Assembly: GCA_963667725.2 (NCBI GenBank)
Contig: CAXXHO010000003.1
Span: forward strand, 992,001 to 1,056,000
DNA length: 64,000 bases
Direction: 5' to 3'
From: Treponemataceae bacterium
GTDB lineage: Bacteria; Spirochaetota; Spirochaetia; Treponematales; Rectinemataceae
Shown here piece after piece: positions 38,626 to 49,094 of this stretch (position 1 is the stretch's first letter; each line of letters opens with the position of its first letter). A program made the position numbers and the translations under genes. The notes beneath the pieces are model-generated. The model was not told the DNA's origin. It made no database searches and saw only the letters and a program-made list of their open reading frames with translations.

Positions 38626-39219
38626 AATCTCCGGATCGCTTTCGCCGAACACGATTCCCTCGAAGATGAAAAGCTGCGTATCCGCTTCCTGCCAGGCCCC
38701 GGGGGGAAGCCCCGCCTTGAGGCATACATGGTTCAGGAATTCCAGGCGATTCCATCCATTTTCCGTGGCGACTTGCGGAAGAAGGACTCCCGACCTTCCT
38801 CTCGCGATGATATAGATTCCATGGTCTCCCACGATGATTTCTTCGGCGCTGGCGATTTTTCGCGGAATGCCCAATACGGTGATCTCTATCGTGATGTCGG
38901 CGATTTCCGCGCGGCTGACCGGGTCGAAGCGGGGATCCTCAAAGGCGGCGGCCAGGGCCATCTCGCTTATGGTCTCGTCGAGCGGCAATTCGCTTCGCAT
39001 GCGGCCGATACAGCCGCGGAGCTGTCCGTTTTCATGCAGCGTCACGAAGGCTCCCGCGGACCCAGCGGCTCCAGTTGACCCAGCGGCTCCCGTGCGCCGA
39101 CGGAGGTCTTTCCCTGAGGCGGGCATCGCCTGAGCCCTATGAAACAGGCGCGCTTCGATGCTCTCCCTGGCGATGGCGCATAACGCGCGCTTCTCATCGA
39201 GCGATAAGGCTAGATCCAT
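38608..39219 (-). CDS. AmmeMemoRadiSam system protein A (AMMECR1 domain)
   Basis: GAFVTLH...LRGCIG, AAFEDPRF, LLPQVA, CLKAG. Confidence 0.93.
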   Translation of the reverse strand: MDLALSLDEKRALCAIARESIEARLFHRAQAMPASGKDLRRRTGAAGSTGAAGSAGAFVTLHENGQLRGCIGRMRSELPLDETISEMALAAAFEDPRFDPVSRAEIADITIEITVLGIPRKIASAEEIIVGDHGIYIIARGRSGVLLPQVATENGWNRLEFLNHVCLKAGLPPGAWQEADTQLFIFEGIVFGESDPEISGPSG

Positions 39220-39221
39220 GG

Positions 39222-40076
39222 CTACATCCTCGCAAAGCCCATTGCCGCGTAGCCGACGATAGGTTCGCCCGCTTCGGCGAGAACTGCCGAGCTGTTCAGT
39301 CCGTAGAGGAGCGGCCTGGTTCCCGATGAAAGCGCCGAACGCATATATCCGGCTATTATCCTGCCTCCGCAGAAAGAAGGAGCCGAATCGCAGAAGGCGC
39401 GCAACTCATCCATCGCCCTTTTTTCGATGGATTCCACGATGGCGCCGCTCTGCCTGAGACAGGCCTCCGCGTCCTCGTCGACGGCCAGATTGGTGGTGAG
39501 CACGAAAAGGGTAGATTCCAGACGTCCGCCCAGTATGAATCGCAGATTGGAGAAAAGCCCATCGAGCGTCTGGTCGTCGGCGCCGGAGACGATGATGGGC
39601 AGGATAAGGGCCTTGGGAAAACAATGCGCGGCGAAGATAAGCTGCATTTCGATCGAGTGTTCCTCGAAATGGGGAATATCGCTGAGGCTGAGGCTTGTGC
39701 TACAATGGAGCAGTTGCCTGACCGCGATCCTGTCGACCTTAAAAGTACAGGTGGGAACGGAGAAATCATGCGCTTCCGGCATGAAGATGCCCGGCTCGAA
39801 GCTTCGATGCGAAGGACTCACGATAACGATAGTCTCGATATCGCCGCCCGCGGCCGCCTTCCATGCTCTTGCGGCCATAGCGCCGGAATAATCGATGCTC
39901 CCGTGGGGGCTGACGATAGCGGCGCAGCGATCTGTCTGGGGAGACGCTTCGTTCAGCAGGGTGCCTATTTTCTGCGCAAGTTCCTGTGGAGATGCGGGGT
40001 AGAAGAGGCCGGATACGACGGCAGTGCGCGTGAACCGCGATGTATCCCTTCGGGAGGCATCGGTTTTATTTTTCAT
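39222..40076 (-). CDS. AmmeMemoRadiSam system protein B (Memo-like)
   Basis: AVVSGLFYP, SPHG, SPSH, EEHSIEMQL, CG, VGYAA. Confidence 0.85.
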   Translation of the reverse strand: MKNKTDASRRDTSRFTRTAVVSGLFYPASPQELAQKIGTLLNEASPQTDRCAAIVSPHGSIDYSGAMAARAWKAAAGGDIETIVIVSPSHRSFEPGIFMPEAHDFSVPTCTFKVDRIAVRQLLHCSTSLSLSDIPHFEEHSIEMQLIFAAHCFPKALILPIIVSGADDQTLDGLFSNLRFILGGRLESTLFVLTTNLAVDEDAEACLRQSGAIVESIEKRAMDELRAFCDSAPSFCGGRIIAGYMRSALSSGTRPLLYGLNSSAVLAEAGEPIVGYAAMGFARM

Positions 40077-40141
40077 ATCTTTGAGTATAAGCGCAGATTC
40101 ATTAAATTCAATGCGATTGAGGGAAAAAACGGAGTAATGCG

Positions 40142-41518
40142 GTGATGCGAATTCTTATCGTGGACGATGAAAAACAGCTTGCCTTTTCGCTAAAGGATTA
40201 TTTTGGACCGGATGGAATCGAAGCCGACATCGCGTTGGACGGCAAGACAGGGCGGCAGAAACTCGAGGAGCAGGCGTATGACGCCCTCGTCTCCGATCTG
40301 AGGATGCCCGGACTTGACGGCATGCAGCTGCTTCATTGGGTGAAGGAAGAAGGACCGAACATTCCCGTCATCATGATATCGGCCCATGGGGAAATCCGGG
40401 ACGCCGTCGAGGCGATGAAGACCGGCGCCTATGACTATCTCGTCAAGCCTTTCGACCCTGACGAGCTTCTCATACGCATAAAGAAAGCGGTGGAGAATCA
40501 TCGCCTCACGCTCTCGCTCCGGGCGGGAAAGAGCGGGAAAAAGGCCACGGGAGAGATGATCGGCGAGAGCCAGAAGATGAAGGAGATCGTAAGGATCCTG
40601 GGTAAGGCGGCTCCTTCTGGCGCGACGATTCTCCTCACGGGGGAGAGCGGAACCGGCAAGGAAGTGGCCGCCCGTCTCGTCCACAACCTTTCCAAACGCG
40701 AAGGACCTTTCGTTCCCATCAATATGGGCGCTTTTCCCGAGCACCTTCTGGAGAGCGAGCTTTTCGGCTATGAAAAAGGCGCCTTTACCGGCGCGGATTC
40801 CCGGAAACAGGGTCTCTTTGAAAGCGCCCAGGGCGGAACCCTCTTTCTCGACGAGATCGCCGAATTGCCCCTCCACCTGCAGGTGAAGCTGCTCCGCGTC
40901 CTGCAGGAACGCAAGGTACAGCGGCTGGGCTCGCTTAAGGGCACGCCCATCGAGGTACGGGTCGTGGCCGCCACGAATCGCGATCTCGAAAAGGAAGTCA
41001 AGGAAGGTCGTTTCAGGGAGGATCTTTATTATCGCATCAACGTGATCAGGGTGAGGCTGCCTCCGCTGCGGGAACGTCGGGAAGATATTCCCCTGCTCGC
41101 GGGAGCCTTCCTATCGCGCTTTTCGTCTGACATGGGAAGAAAGGTGGAAGGCATCGGGAGCGAGGCCATGGATTTTCTCATTCGCTACGATTTTCCCGGA
41201 AACATCCGCGAACTGGAGAACGCGATCGAGCGAGCCTGCATCCTCACCGAATCCGACCTGCTTCAGTCCCGCGATTTCGAGTTCATAGCGCCCAGGGAAG
41301 CGAGACCCGGTCTTCGGGGCGAAGGCGCTGAAATGGCTGCCGAGGCGATGGGCGGCATTGGCGCGGCGAGGACCCTCGAGGCGATGGAAAAGCAGGCCAT
41401 TATTGAGGCATTGAGCCGCAACGCGAACCATAGGGAGAAGACGGCGGCCGAGTTGGGGATTACGAGGCGCACCTTACTCAACAAGATTAAAGAATACGAC
41501 CTGGACAAAGGAAACTGA
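40142..41518 (+). CDS. Sigma54-dependent response regulator (AtoC/NtrC family)
   Basis: Receiver DLRMP, GESGTGKE, GAFTGA, FLDEI, Fis-type HTH. Confidence 0.95.
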   Translation: MMRILIVDDEKQLAFSLKDYFGPDGIEADIALDGKTGRQKLEEQAYDALVSDLRMPGLDGMQLLHWVKEEGPNIPVIMISAHGEIRDAVEAMKTGAYDYLVKPFDPDELLIRIKKAVENHRLTLSLRAGKSGKKATGEMIGESQKMKEIVRILGKAAPSGATILLTGESGTGKEVAARLVHNLSKREGPFVPINMGAFPEHLLESELFGYEKGAFTGADSRKQGLFESAQGGTLFLDEIAELPLHLQVKLLRVLQERKVQRLGSLKGTPIEVRVVAATNRDLEKEVKEGRFREDLYYRINVIRVRLPPLRERREDIPLLAGAFLSRFSSDMGRKVEGIGSEAMDFLIRYDFPGNIRELENAIERACILTESDLLQSRDFEFIAPREARPGLRGEGAEMAAEAMGGIGAARTLEAMEKQAIIEALSRNANHREKTAAELGITRRTLLNKIKEYDLDKGN

Positions 41519-42906
41519 TGAAAGCTCTATTCGGACCCGCAAAATTCTATCGCAGCGCGCTCGTGGTGGTCGTTCCCATCATGATCCAGACCCTCCTGAC
41601 CGGACTTGTCTCCCTTGTTGACAATTTTATGGTGGCCGCCTTAGGCGACTCCAAGATGGCGGGAGTGAATGTATCCAACCAGATCAACTTCATCTATCTC
41701 GTCATCATCAATACGATATGCGCCGCAGGTGGCATTTACCTGTCCCAGCACAGGGGAGCCGGGCATAAGGAAGGGATGCGCCAGGCTTTCAGATTCAAGC
41801 TCATCCTGGCCCTCGGCATTTCCGCCCTGTATACCCTCATTTGCCTGTTCTTTGCGGAACCCCTGATACGGATGATGCTGGGCGGCAATTCGGAAGGGGA
41901 AGAAATCGTCAGGGAGGGCGCGAAATACCTTCGGGCGGTAGCCCCCAGCTTCATACCGATAGGCCTTTCCTCGGCGATGAGCACTTCCTTCCGCGACACG
42001 GGCGTCACAAAGGTGCCGCTCCTGGTCTCTGTCTGCGCGGCCCTCGTCAACACATTCTTCAACTGGGTGCTGATCTATGGCAATCTCGGCGCGGCGAGAC
42101 TGGAAGTAACCGGGGCTGCCATAGCCACGGTAATCGCGCGCGTCGTGGAGGCTCTTGCTTTCGCCGCGATGATTTGGCGTAAGAAGCCGGGGTTCGGATT
42201 CAAGCCTTCGGCGCTGCTCCGTATTGACCGAAGACTCTTCGGGGAAGTGCTTTCGAAATCGGGCATGATGCTTTTCTCGGAAACCGCCTGGGTCGTTTCG
42301 GAGACCATCATCACCGCTCTCTACAACGGGAGAGGCGGGGCCGAGACGGTGGCGGGCATGGCCGCGGGCTGGACCATAGCGAACATCATGTTCCTCGTGT
42401 TCCCGGCAATCCATGCAGCGACGGGCATCATCGTCGGATCCACCCTGGGTTCGGGGAAGCTGGACGAGGCCAGGGAGAAGGCCCGATGGATACAGTCAGG
42501 GTCGGTCATCCTCGGCCTGGCGGCCTGCCTCGTGGCAAGCGCTTCGACCCTTGGCATTCCCCTGGTCTTCGGCAATCTTTCCGAAGAGGCCAAAAAAGTT
42601 ACAATAGGGCTAGTCTTCGTCATCGCCGCCTACCTTCCGCTCTGGTGCCTCCTCAACGCCCAGTTCGCCGTGTCCCGGGCTGGCGGCGACACCCTCATGG
42701 GAGTATGGGTCGACGTGGGCATCAGCTACGCGATATTCATCCCGGCGGCCATCATAATCTCGCGTATCAGCTCCTGGGGGCCTGTCCTTCTTTACGGCGT
42801 GGCGAAACTGTCGGACTTCCCGAAAGCCTTCTTGGCGATGTGGTGGCTGAAAAAGGAACATTGGGTGAAAAACCTCGCGGTTGAAAAAACGGTCGCGCCG
42901 GAGTAG
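41518..42906 (+). CDS. MATE family efflux transporter
   Basis: VDNFMVAALG, about 12 hydrophobic segments, GAAIATVIAR, RAGGDT. Confidence 0.9.
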   Translation: MKALFGPAKFYRSALVVVVPIMIQTLLTGLVSLVDNFMVAALGDSKMAGVNVSNQINFIYLVIINTICAAGGIYLSQHRGAGHKEGMRQAFRFKLILALGISALYTLICLFFAEPLIRMMLGGNSEGEEIVREGAKYLRAVAPSFIPIGLSSAMSTSFRDTGVTKVPLLVSVCAALVNTFFNWVLIYGNLGAARLEVTGAAIATVIARVVEALAFAAMIWRKKPGFGFKPSALLRIDRRLFGEVLSKSGMMLFSETAWVVSETIITALYNGRGGAETVAGMAAGWTIANIMFLVFPAIHAATGIIVGSTLGSGKLDEAREKARWIQSGSVILGLAACLVASASTLGIPLVFGNLSEEAKKVTIGLVFVIAAYLPLWCLLNAQFAVSRAGGDTLMGVWVDVGISYAIFIPAAIIISRISSWGPVLLYGVAKLSDFPKAFLAMWWLKKEHWVKNLAVEKTVAPE

Positions 42907-42919
42907 TCCATCTCGCTAT

Positions 42920-42976
42920 CCCTGGTGCGCACGAAATGCGCACCAGGGGAAAGTATGGATGCGCAAATATTGCGCT
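42920..42976. promoter_or_regulatory. Tandem enhancer (UAS) sites for a sigma54 activator
   Basis: TGCGCA-N5-TGCGCA (42926-42942, within a 12-bp perfect palindrome) and TGCGCA-N5-TGCGCT (42960-42976), centres 34 bp apart. Confidence 0.6.
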
Positions 42977-43067
42977 TCTGTGAAAAAAGCGGCGATAATT
43001 GCCTGTAAATAATTTTAAAAACTAAATTATTCTATATATATAATAGAATTATAGTTATAAATATCGA

Positions 43068-43084
43068 TTGGCACGATTCCTGCT
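43068..43084 (+). promoter_or_regulatory. Sigma54 (-24/-12) promoter
   Basis: TTGGCACG-ATTC-CTGCT with GG and GC 12 nt apart, preceded by a very AT-rich tract, 29 nt before the ATG. Confidence 0.85.
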
Positions 43085-43113
43085 CTAAATATTGCGAGGA
43101 AGGAGAACCCGCA

Positions 43114-44484
43114 ATGAAAAAGAAATGGATAGCAGGAATTATGGCCACGGTTTTAATAGCGAGCGCCGCGATGCTGCTTTTAAGCACCCGAACAGGCGAA
43201 AAAGCAAACGTATCTAAAAGTGATTACGAATTTACCTCGGCATCGAGGGGCACCCTTGAAACCGTAGTGACGAGCTCAGGCACACTGGCGCCTGTCTCGA
43301 GCGTCAGCGTCCTCTCGCAGATGAGCGGCAGAGTCGAGAAAGTTTTCGCGGACTACAATGATACCGTCAAGAAGGGACAGATCCTCGTCACGCTCAACAC
43401 CGACATGCTCGAGCTTGAGCAGAAGGAAGCGCAGGCTGACCTCAACATAGCCCAAGCCAACTACAATCTCGCGGCCCTCGATTATCAGAACAATTCCACG
43501 CTGGCAGCCAAAGGCCTCGTGTCCGAATACGATCTGAAATCAAGCAGGACAACGCTCGATGTGAAGAAGGCAACGCTTAGTTCAGCCCAGTCTGCGCTGA
43601 AGGTCATCGAGACCCAGCTCACCCAGTACGCGCAGATCAAGTCTCCCATAGACGGCATCGTCCTCGAGAAGGACGTCGATGTAGGGCAGAGCGTCGTGGA
43701 AGGGTCGAGTTCCAACGCGACCGCGCTATTCACCCTGGCCGAAGATCTCTCCAAAATGGAGATAAAAGCAGAAGTGGACGAGCTCGACATCGGCTCCATC
43801 AAAGTCGGGCAGGCGGTGCGCTTCACCGTGGAGGCCAATTCCGGAAAGACCTACTCGGGATCGGTGGGGACCATAAGGCTCGTGCCAGAAACGACGGACA
43901 ACGTCGTGAACTATTACGTGATCATAAAAGCCGACAACGCGGACGGCACGCTTCTGCCCGGCATGACGGCCAACGTGGAATTCATAAAGGAAACCAGGGA
44001 GAACGCTCTCCTTGTCCAAAATTCCGCGCTGCGTTACCAGCCGTCCAGCCTCGGCGCTCAGGAAATACAGCGCATGGTCTACGCGGCCGGCCTCGCGGAT
44101 CTCTCCGAAGACGCGAAAAAGGCCGCGCTCGCCGAATACGACGCCGCGCTGAAGGCCACCGACCTCGCCAAGAATGCAAGCTCAACCACGACGAGCGGTC
44201 TCTCCAGCATACTGGCAGGCGGCGGTCAGGGTGGCCCCGGCGGTCCCGGTGGATTCGGAAACAAGAAAACGGCAGCTACGGGGACGGAGTCAGCGTCGGA
44301 CGCGGCCGCCTCGGCGACGGCGGATTCAACCGTGGCGAAAAAAGCGCTCTGGTATTTGGACAGCCAGGGGAAACTCGCCGTGAGAATGGTGGGCGTAGGG
44401 TCGACCGATGGCGCGCGTACGGAAATAATCGGCGCCGACGATCTGGAAGGGATGAAGATCATCCTTCGCGAAAAGGCGGAGTAG
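43114..44484 (+). CDS. Efflux periplasmic adaptor (MacA-like)
   Basis: N-terminal anchor, SGRVEKVFADYNDTVKKGQ, IKSPIDG, LLPGMTA. Confidence 0.9.
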   Translation: MKKKWIAGIMATVLIASAAMLLLSTRTGEKANVSKSDYEFTSASRGTLETVVTSSGTLAPVSSVSVLSQMSGRVEKVFADYNDTVKKGQILVTLNTDMLELEQKEAQADLNIAQANYNLAALDYQNNSTLAAKGLVSEYDLKSSRTTLDVKKATLSSAQSALKVIETQLTQYAQIKSPIDGIVLEKDVDVGQSVVEGSSSNATALFTLAEDLSKMEIKAEVDELDIGSIKVGQAVRFTVEANSGKTYSGSVGTIRLVPETTDNVVNYYVIIKADNADGTLLPGMTANVEFIKETRENALLVQNSALRYQPSSLGAQEIQRMVYAAGLADLSEDAKKAALAEYDAALKATDLAKNASSTTTSGLSSILAGGGQGGPGGPGGFGNKKTAATGTESASDAAASATADSTVAKKALWYLDSQGKLAVRMVGVGSTDGARTEIIGADDLEGMKIILREKAE

Positions 44485-44488
44485 GCAT

Positions 44489-45229
44489 ATGGCAATCATC
44501 GAGCTGCGCGGCATCCAACGCCGCTACGAGTTGGGCGACATAACCGTAAAGGCTATCAGAGGCCTGGACCTGGACGTCGATTCGGGCGAGTTCGTCTCCA
44601 TCATGGGACCTTCGGGCTCGGGAAAATCGACGCTCATGAACATACTCGGCTGCCTGGACAAACCCACGGCGGGAAGCTACTTCCTCGACGGTGAGGATAT
44701 CGCCGCGGCAGACGATACTACCTTCGCGGATATACGCAACAGAAAGATAGGTTTCGTGTTCCAGGGCTTCAATCTTCTCGCCAGGACCACGGCGCTGGAG
44801 AATGTCCAGCTGCCCCTCCTTTATAGGCGCGGCGGTCTCGACGGCGATCCCGCCAAGAGAGGCGTGGAAGTGCTCGAAGCCGTGGGACTGGGCTCCAGGC
44901 TTCACCACCTGCCTTCCCAGCTTTCGGGCGGACAGCAGCAGAGGGTGGCCATAGCGCGGGCGATGATCAATAACCCGGCCTTCGTGCTGGCCGATGAGCC
45001 CACGGGCAATCTGGATTCGGAGATGACGCTCGAAGTCATGTCGCTGTTCCAGGAGCTGAACGCCAAGGGAATAACGATCGTGATGGTGACGCATGAGCCC
45101 GAAGTGGCGGCTTATACGAACAGAATCATCACCATGAGGGACGGCGCCATCATTTCCGACACTGCCGTGGAAAAGCCAGGGAACGCGGCGGCCGACCTGG
45201 CGGCTAAAAGAACAAGGGGGGCGGCATGA
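44489..45229 (+). CDS. ABC transporter ATP-binding protein (MacB/LolD-like)
   Basis: [27 protein letters not shown]. Confidence 0.95.
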   Translation: MAIIELRGIQRRYELGDITVKAIRGLDLDVDSGEFVSIMGPSGSGKSTLMNILGCLDKPTAGSYFLDGEDIAAADDTTFADIRNRKIGFVFQGFNLLARTTALENVQLPLLYRRGGLDGDPAKRGVEVLEAVGLGSRLHHLPSQLSGGQQQRVAIARAMINNPAFVLADEPTGNLDSEMTLEVMSLFQELNAKGITIVMVTHEPEVAAYTNRIITMRDGAIISDTAVEKPGNAAADLAAKRTRGAA

Positions 45230-46422
45230 GCATAGGAAAACTACTTTCTCTTTCAACGAGGAGCATCCTCAGGAACAGGATGCGGAGCCTGCTCACCTCG
45301 CTGGGAATCATCATCGGCGTCTGCTCGGTGATCGTGATGGTCGCGGTGGGCCAGGGATCCCAGGCTCAGATAGCCAAGAACATAGCGTCGATGGGCACCA
45401 ACCTCCTGATGGTGATGCCGCCCCGCGGTCCCCGCGAAGCCAACAGAATCAGCGAGAGCGATATCGAGAAAATAATGGCCGAAGCGAGCTATATCTCAGC
45501 GATCTCCGGTTCGGTGCAGAGCAACGACACCGAAGTGGTAGGAGGCTCAGGCAACTGGCCCACCACAGTCAGGGGCGTGCAGACCGGATATACGACCATT
45601 AAGCAGTGGACCATGGCGCAAGGCGAGTTCTTCACCGAAAGCGACGAAACATCCAGGAACAAGGTGGCCGTCATCGGCAGCACGGTGGCCAATGAGCTTT
45701 TCGCCGACACGGACCCGGTGGGACAGAGGCTGAGGATAGGGTCCACGATCTTCACGGTGATAGGCGTTCTCAATTCCAAAGGGAGCAGCGGCATGGGTGA
45801 GGACCAGGACGATGTCGTGATGGTGCCGCTCTCCGCGGCGCTGGCGCGGCTCCAGAAGAGCAAGTACCTGAATTCCATAGAGATGAGCGTGACCCGCGAG
45901 GATCTCATGGACGCCGCGCAGGCCGAGGTCACGACGATACTGCGCGAAGCCCACAGGCTTGGGCAGAACGATGAAGCCGATTTCGACGTGATGAACCAGG
46001 CCGAGATCATCGCCACGGCCTCGGCGAGTTCCGCCACGCTCACGACCCTGCTTGCCGTCATCGCCGGAGTATCACTGATCGTCGGCGGTATCGGCATCAT
46101 GAACATCATGCTCGTCTCGGTGACCGAGCGGACAAGGGAAATCGGCATACGCATGGCGGTCGGCGCGCGAAGCAAGGACATCCTCCTGCAGTTTCTGTCG
46201 GAGTCGATACTGCTGAGCCTCTGCGGCGGCGTCATAGGCATCGCTCTCGCCTTCATCATCGTGAAGCTGCTCGGAAGCCTCGCCCAGATACCGGCCATCA
46301 TCAATCCGCTTGTCGTGGCCATTTCGGCAGGCTTTGCCGCCGTCGTGGGCGTTTTCTTCGGCTATTATCCGGCGAGGAAAGCGTCGCGGCTCTATCCCAT
46401 CGAAGCGCTTCGCTATGAATGA
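45226..46422 (+). CDS. ABC transporter permease (MacB/FtsX-like)
   Basis: RSLLTSLGIIIGV, GGIGIMNIMLVSVTERTREIGIR, PIEALRYE. Confidence 0.95.
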   Translation: MSIGKLLSLSTRSILRNRMRSLLTSLGIIIGVCSVIVMVAVGQGSQAQIAKNIASMGTNLLMVMPPRGPREANRISESDIEKIMAEASYISAISGSVQSNDTEVVGGSGNWPTTVRGVQTGYTTIKQWTMAQGEFFTESDETSRNKVAVIGSTVANELFADTDPVGQRLRIGSTIFTVIGVLNSKGSSGMGEDQDDVVMVPLSAALARLQKSKYLNSIEMSVTREDLMDAAQAEVTTILREAHRLGQNDEADFDVMNQAEIIATASASSATLTTLLAVIAGVSLIVGGIGIMNIMLVSVTERTREIGIRMAVGARSKDILLQFLSESILLSLCGGVIGIALAFIIVKLLGSLAQIPAIINPLVVAISAGFAAVVGVFFGYYPARKASRLYPIEALRYE

Positions 46423-46435
46423 CAAGGAGAAAAAC

Positions 46436-47770
46436 ATGAAATCCAAAGGTGCGATAATTTTTCTGGTTCTATGTATGCTCGGGGGAATGAACCTCTGGGC
46501 GGGAGAGGCCGCGAGCCAAGGCCTGAGCCTCGAAAAGGCGAGACAGCTCGCTCTCGCGAAATCCAACACGATACAGCAGGCTCTCCTCAGCGTGGATTCA
46601 AGCCTCCTGGCCGAAAAGGCCCAGCGCTACGAGCTTCTTCCCCAGGCTGCGTTGGGCCTGAGCGGCGGAATCACTTATCCCGCCGGCAGTACATCGACCG
46701 TAGCCGACTCGGCGACGGTCACGGCTTCCTTCTCCCTGTCGCAGACCATCTACGACGGGGGCGAGAACGCCATTCTTCTGGCGATCGACAAGCTCGCCAC
46801 CGAGAGCGCGAGGAAAGAAGCCAGAACAGCCTATCTCGATGCGCTCGAGTCCACCGATTCGGCCTACTACGCCGTGCTGGAGGCTCAGGCTGTCGTAGAG
46901 GCGGCCGAGAGCGACCTTTCGGCCTCCAAGGCTCACCAGGCCATAGCGCAGGCCAAATTCGACTCAGGCATAGTCATAAAGGCCCTGGTGATGGAAGCCC
47001 AGGCTGAGACGGCATCGAAGGAAACGGCGCTGAGCCAGGCGCGAAGGACCTTGGCCGTGGCCAAGGCGAAACTGAAGTCGGTCACCGGCTCCACGCTGGC
47101 GCCGGAAGCCGTCGATTTTTCTCGATACGATACGCTGATGGAGACCCTCATGTCCTTCGACGATTCGTCGACCGATGCTTTCATCGCGAAACTGCAGGCT
47201 TCCGCCCTCGCGAACAATCCGGCGCTGGCGGTGTCTTCGCTGGCATTGAGCCAGGCGGAGAAGGAAGTAGAGGCTGCCAAGACAGGGTATCTGCCCTCCG
47301 TTACCGCTGGATGGACCCATGCGGCCTCATATGAGGCCGCGGGCCTGGATTTGGCCTCGAAGGGAAGCCTAAGCCTGTCCGTCTCGATCCCCCTGGATGG
47401 GTATGTCACGAAGAATACGGTTCAGGCCAAGACGATAGAGGCCAGGAAGACAGCGCTCACTCTGAACTCCGATATTGAAGACTTGAGCCTCAGCATCCAG
47501 AGCGCCGCCTACGACCTCATCTCTGCGGCGCGTTCGGTATTCTCTTCACGGAAAGCGCTTGAGTACGCGGAAAGCAACTACGAGGTTGAGCTGGAATTGT
47601 TCAGGCTGTCCAAGGCTTCTTCCTCCGATTTATCGGACGCCGAGCTGCTCGTGAGCAGCAATCGCTCCTCGCTCATCTCGGCGCGCTACACCTTCCTCAA
47701 TGGGCTGACCTCGCTCAGGAATCTGGCCGGCCTGGACAGCGAAGCACTTCTTCTATCGCTTATGCAATGA
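46436..47770 (+). CDS. TolC-family outer membrane efflux protein
   Basis: Signal peptide and two OEP repeats (LP...QTIYDGG; NP.L...YLPSV). AAGGAG SD. Confidence 0.88.
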   Translation: MKSKGAIIFLVLCMLGGMNLWAGEAASQGLSLEKARQLALAKSNTIQQALLSVDSSLLAEKAQRYELLPQAALGLSGGITYPAGSTSTVADSATVTASFSLSQTIYDGGENAILLAIDKLATESARKEARTAYLDALESTDSAYYAVLEAQAVVEAAESDLSASKAHQAIAQAKFDSGIVIKALVMEAQAETASKETALSQARRTLAVAKAKLKSVTGSTLAPEAVDFSRYDTLMETLMSFDDSSTDAFIAKLQASALANNPALAVSSLALSQAEKEVEAAKTGYLPSVTAGWTHAASYEAAGLDLASKGSLSLSVSIPLDGYVTKNTVQAKTIEARKTALTLNSDIEDLSLSIQSAAYDLISAARSVFSSRKALEYAESNYEVELELFRLSKASSSDLSDAELLVSSNRSSLISARYTFLNGLTSLRNLAGLDSEALLLSLMQ

Positions 47771-47807
47771 TATTCTCAGCCATAGGGCGGAAAGCCTGGA
47801 GGTTTTC

Positions 47808-49094
47808 GTGAAAGGGCATAAGGCGTCGGCCGCGATCGCCGTTCTGGTATTTATCATTCTCACCCTCGCGAACGGGATGATATTCAGGGGCCAGAGTCTC
47901 CTCTATCGTCTCGAGAGCCGGAACGAAGCCGAGCAGACCTTGAACGCCCTTTTCACGAGCCAGAAGGTGTATGACGATTTCGGGTCGGCCATCGAGCAGA
48001 ACGCGACCCTGATGGATCGCGTTCTCGGACTTGGGCTTTACGACGTCCATGGGGAGGGGCTCTACTCCTGGGGCGAGGTGCCGGCGACGTACAGCGCGGC
48101 CGGATTGCCCGCCAAGGACGAGGGCAATCAGGTGCGCCTCTACAGCGAGAACGAAAAGAACCATTCACTCGTGCTTATCTTGAGACCTACGCGCATGATC
48201 CCTCCGCCGCATCCACGCGCGGAAGACCTTGATTATATAGCGGAGGACGATTTTCCCAAGCCGCGTTCCCTCATGCTGGAACTGCTGCGCGACAGCGACG
48301 TCGTCTTCCTGGAGCTGCGCCAGCCCGAACTGTGGCGGAATACTTATCTCATGAGAATCCTTTTCCCCATCGTCGAAATCATCCTGGCCGGCCTCGTCTT
48401 TTTCATCCGGCTTCTCGTGGTTCGAAACCGCGAGTTCCTCGACAGGCTGGAGAAGCAGAAAAGCCTCGTCGTCCTCGGCACGGCCGCGAGTACCCTGGCT
48501 CACGAAATCAAGAATCCTCTGCTCGCCATAAGGCTCCAGACCAGCATCCTGGAAAAGACGCTTCCCGAAGAATCCAAGACTGAAGTGAGCATCATCAATA
48601 CCGAAGTGGAAAGGCTCTCTCGGCTCACCACGAGGGTAAACGACTATCTGCGTGACCCCAAGGGCTTTCCAAGCCTCCTCGACCCTGCCGAAATTGCTTC
48701 CGAAGCGGGCCTGCGGCTCTGCGGGCGATCCCTCGTCGAGGCCGGAACCTCAGACCTGAGAATCCTGATGGATCCGGAGCGTTACCGTTCGATCCTCGAA
48801 AACCTTCTGAGGAACGCCATCGAAAGCGGCGGGAATCCGGAAGAAATCAGGATAGCCATGGAAGCTCAGAACGGAAAAGTGAACATCGAGGTACTGGACA
48901 GGGGGAAGGGGATATCCCCTGCGGATAAGGTACGCGTCTTCGATCCCTTCTTCACCACGAAAAGCCAGGGAACAGGGATCGGATTGGCCATATGCGTACG
49001 ATTCGCGAAAGAAGCGGGCGGCGCGATCAGCCTCGAACGGCGCGAAGGCGGCGGAACCTGCGCCAGGCTTAGCTTGCCGGAGGCGGTCGCATGA
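47808..49094 (+). CDS. Sensor histidine kinase
   Basis: Two TMs, LAHEIKNPL, NLLRNA, DRGKG, FFTTK, GTGIGL. Confidence 0.95.
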   Translation: MKGHKASAAIAVLVFIILTLANGMIFRGQSLLYRLESRNEAEQTLNALFTSQKVYDDFGSAIEQNATLMDRVLGLGLYDVHGEGLYSWGEVPATYSAAGLPAKDEGNQVRLYSENEKNHSLVLILRPTRMIPPPHPRAEDLDYIAEDDFPKPRSLMLELLRDSDVVFLELRQPELWRNTYLMRILFPIVEIILAGLVFFIRLLVVRNREFLDRLEKQKSLVVLGTAASTLAHEIKNPLLAIRLQTSILEKTLPEESKTEVSIINTEVERLSRLTTRVNDYLRDPKGFPSLLDPAEIASEAGLRLCGRSLVEAGTSDLRILMDPERYRSILENLLRNAIESGGNPEEIRIAMEAQNGKVNIEVLDRGKGISPADKVRVFDPFFTTKSQGTGIGLAICVRFAKEAGGAISLERREGGGTCARLSLPEAVA

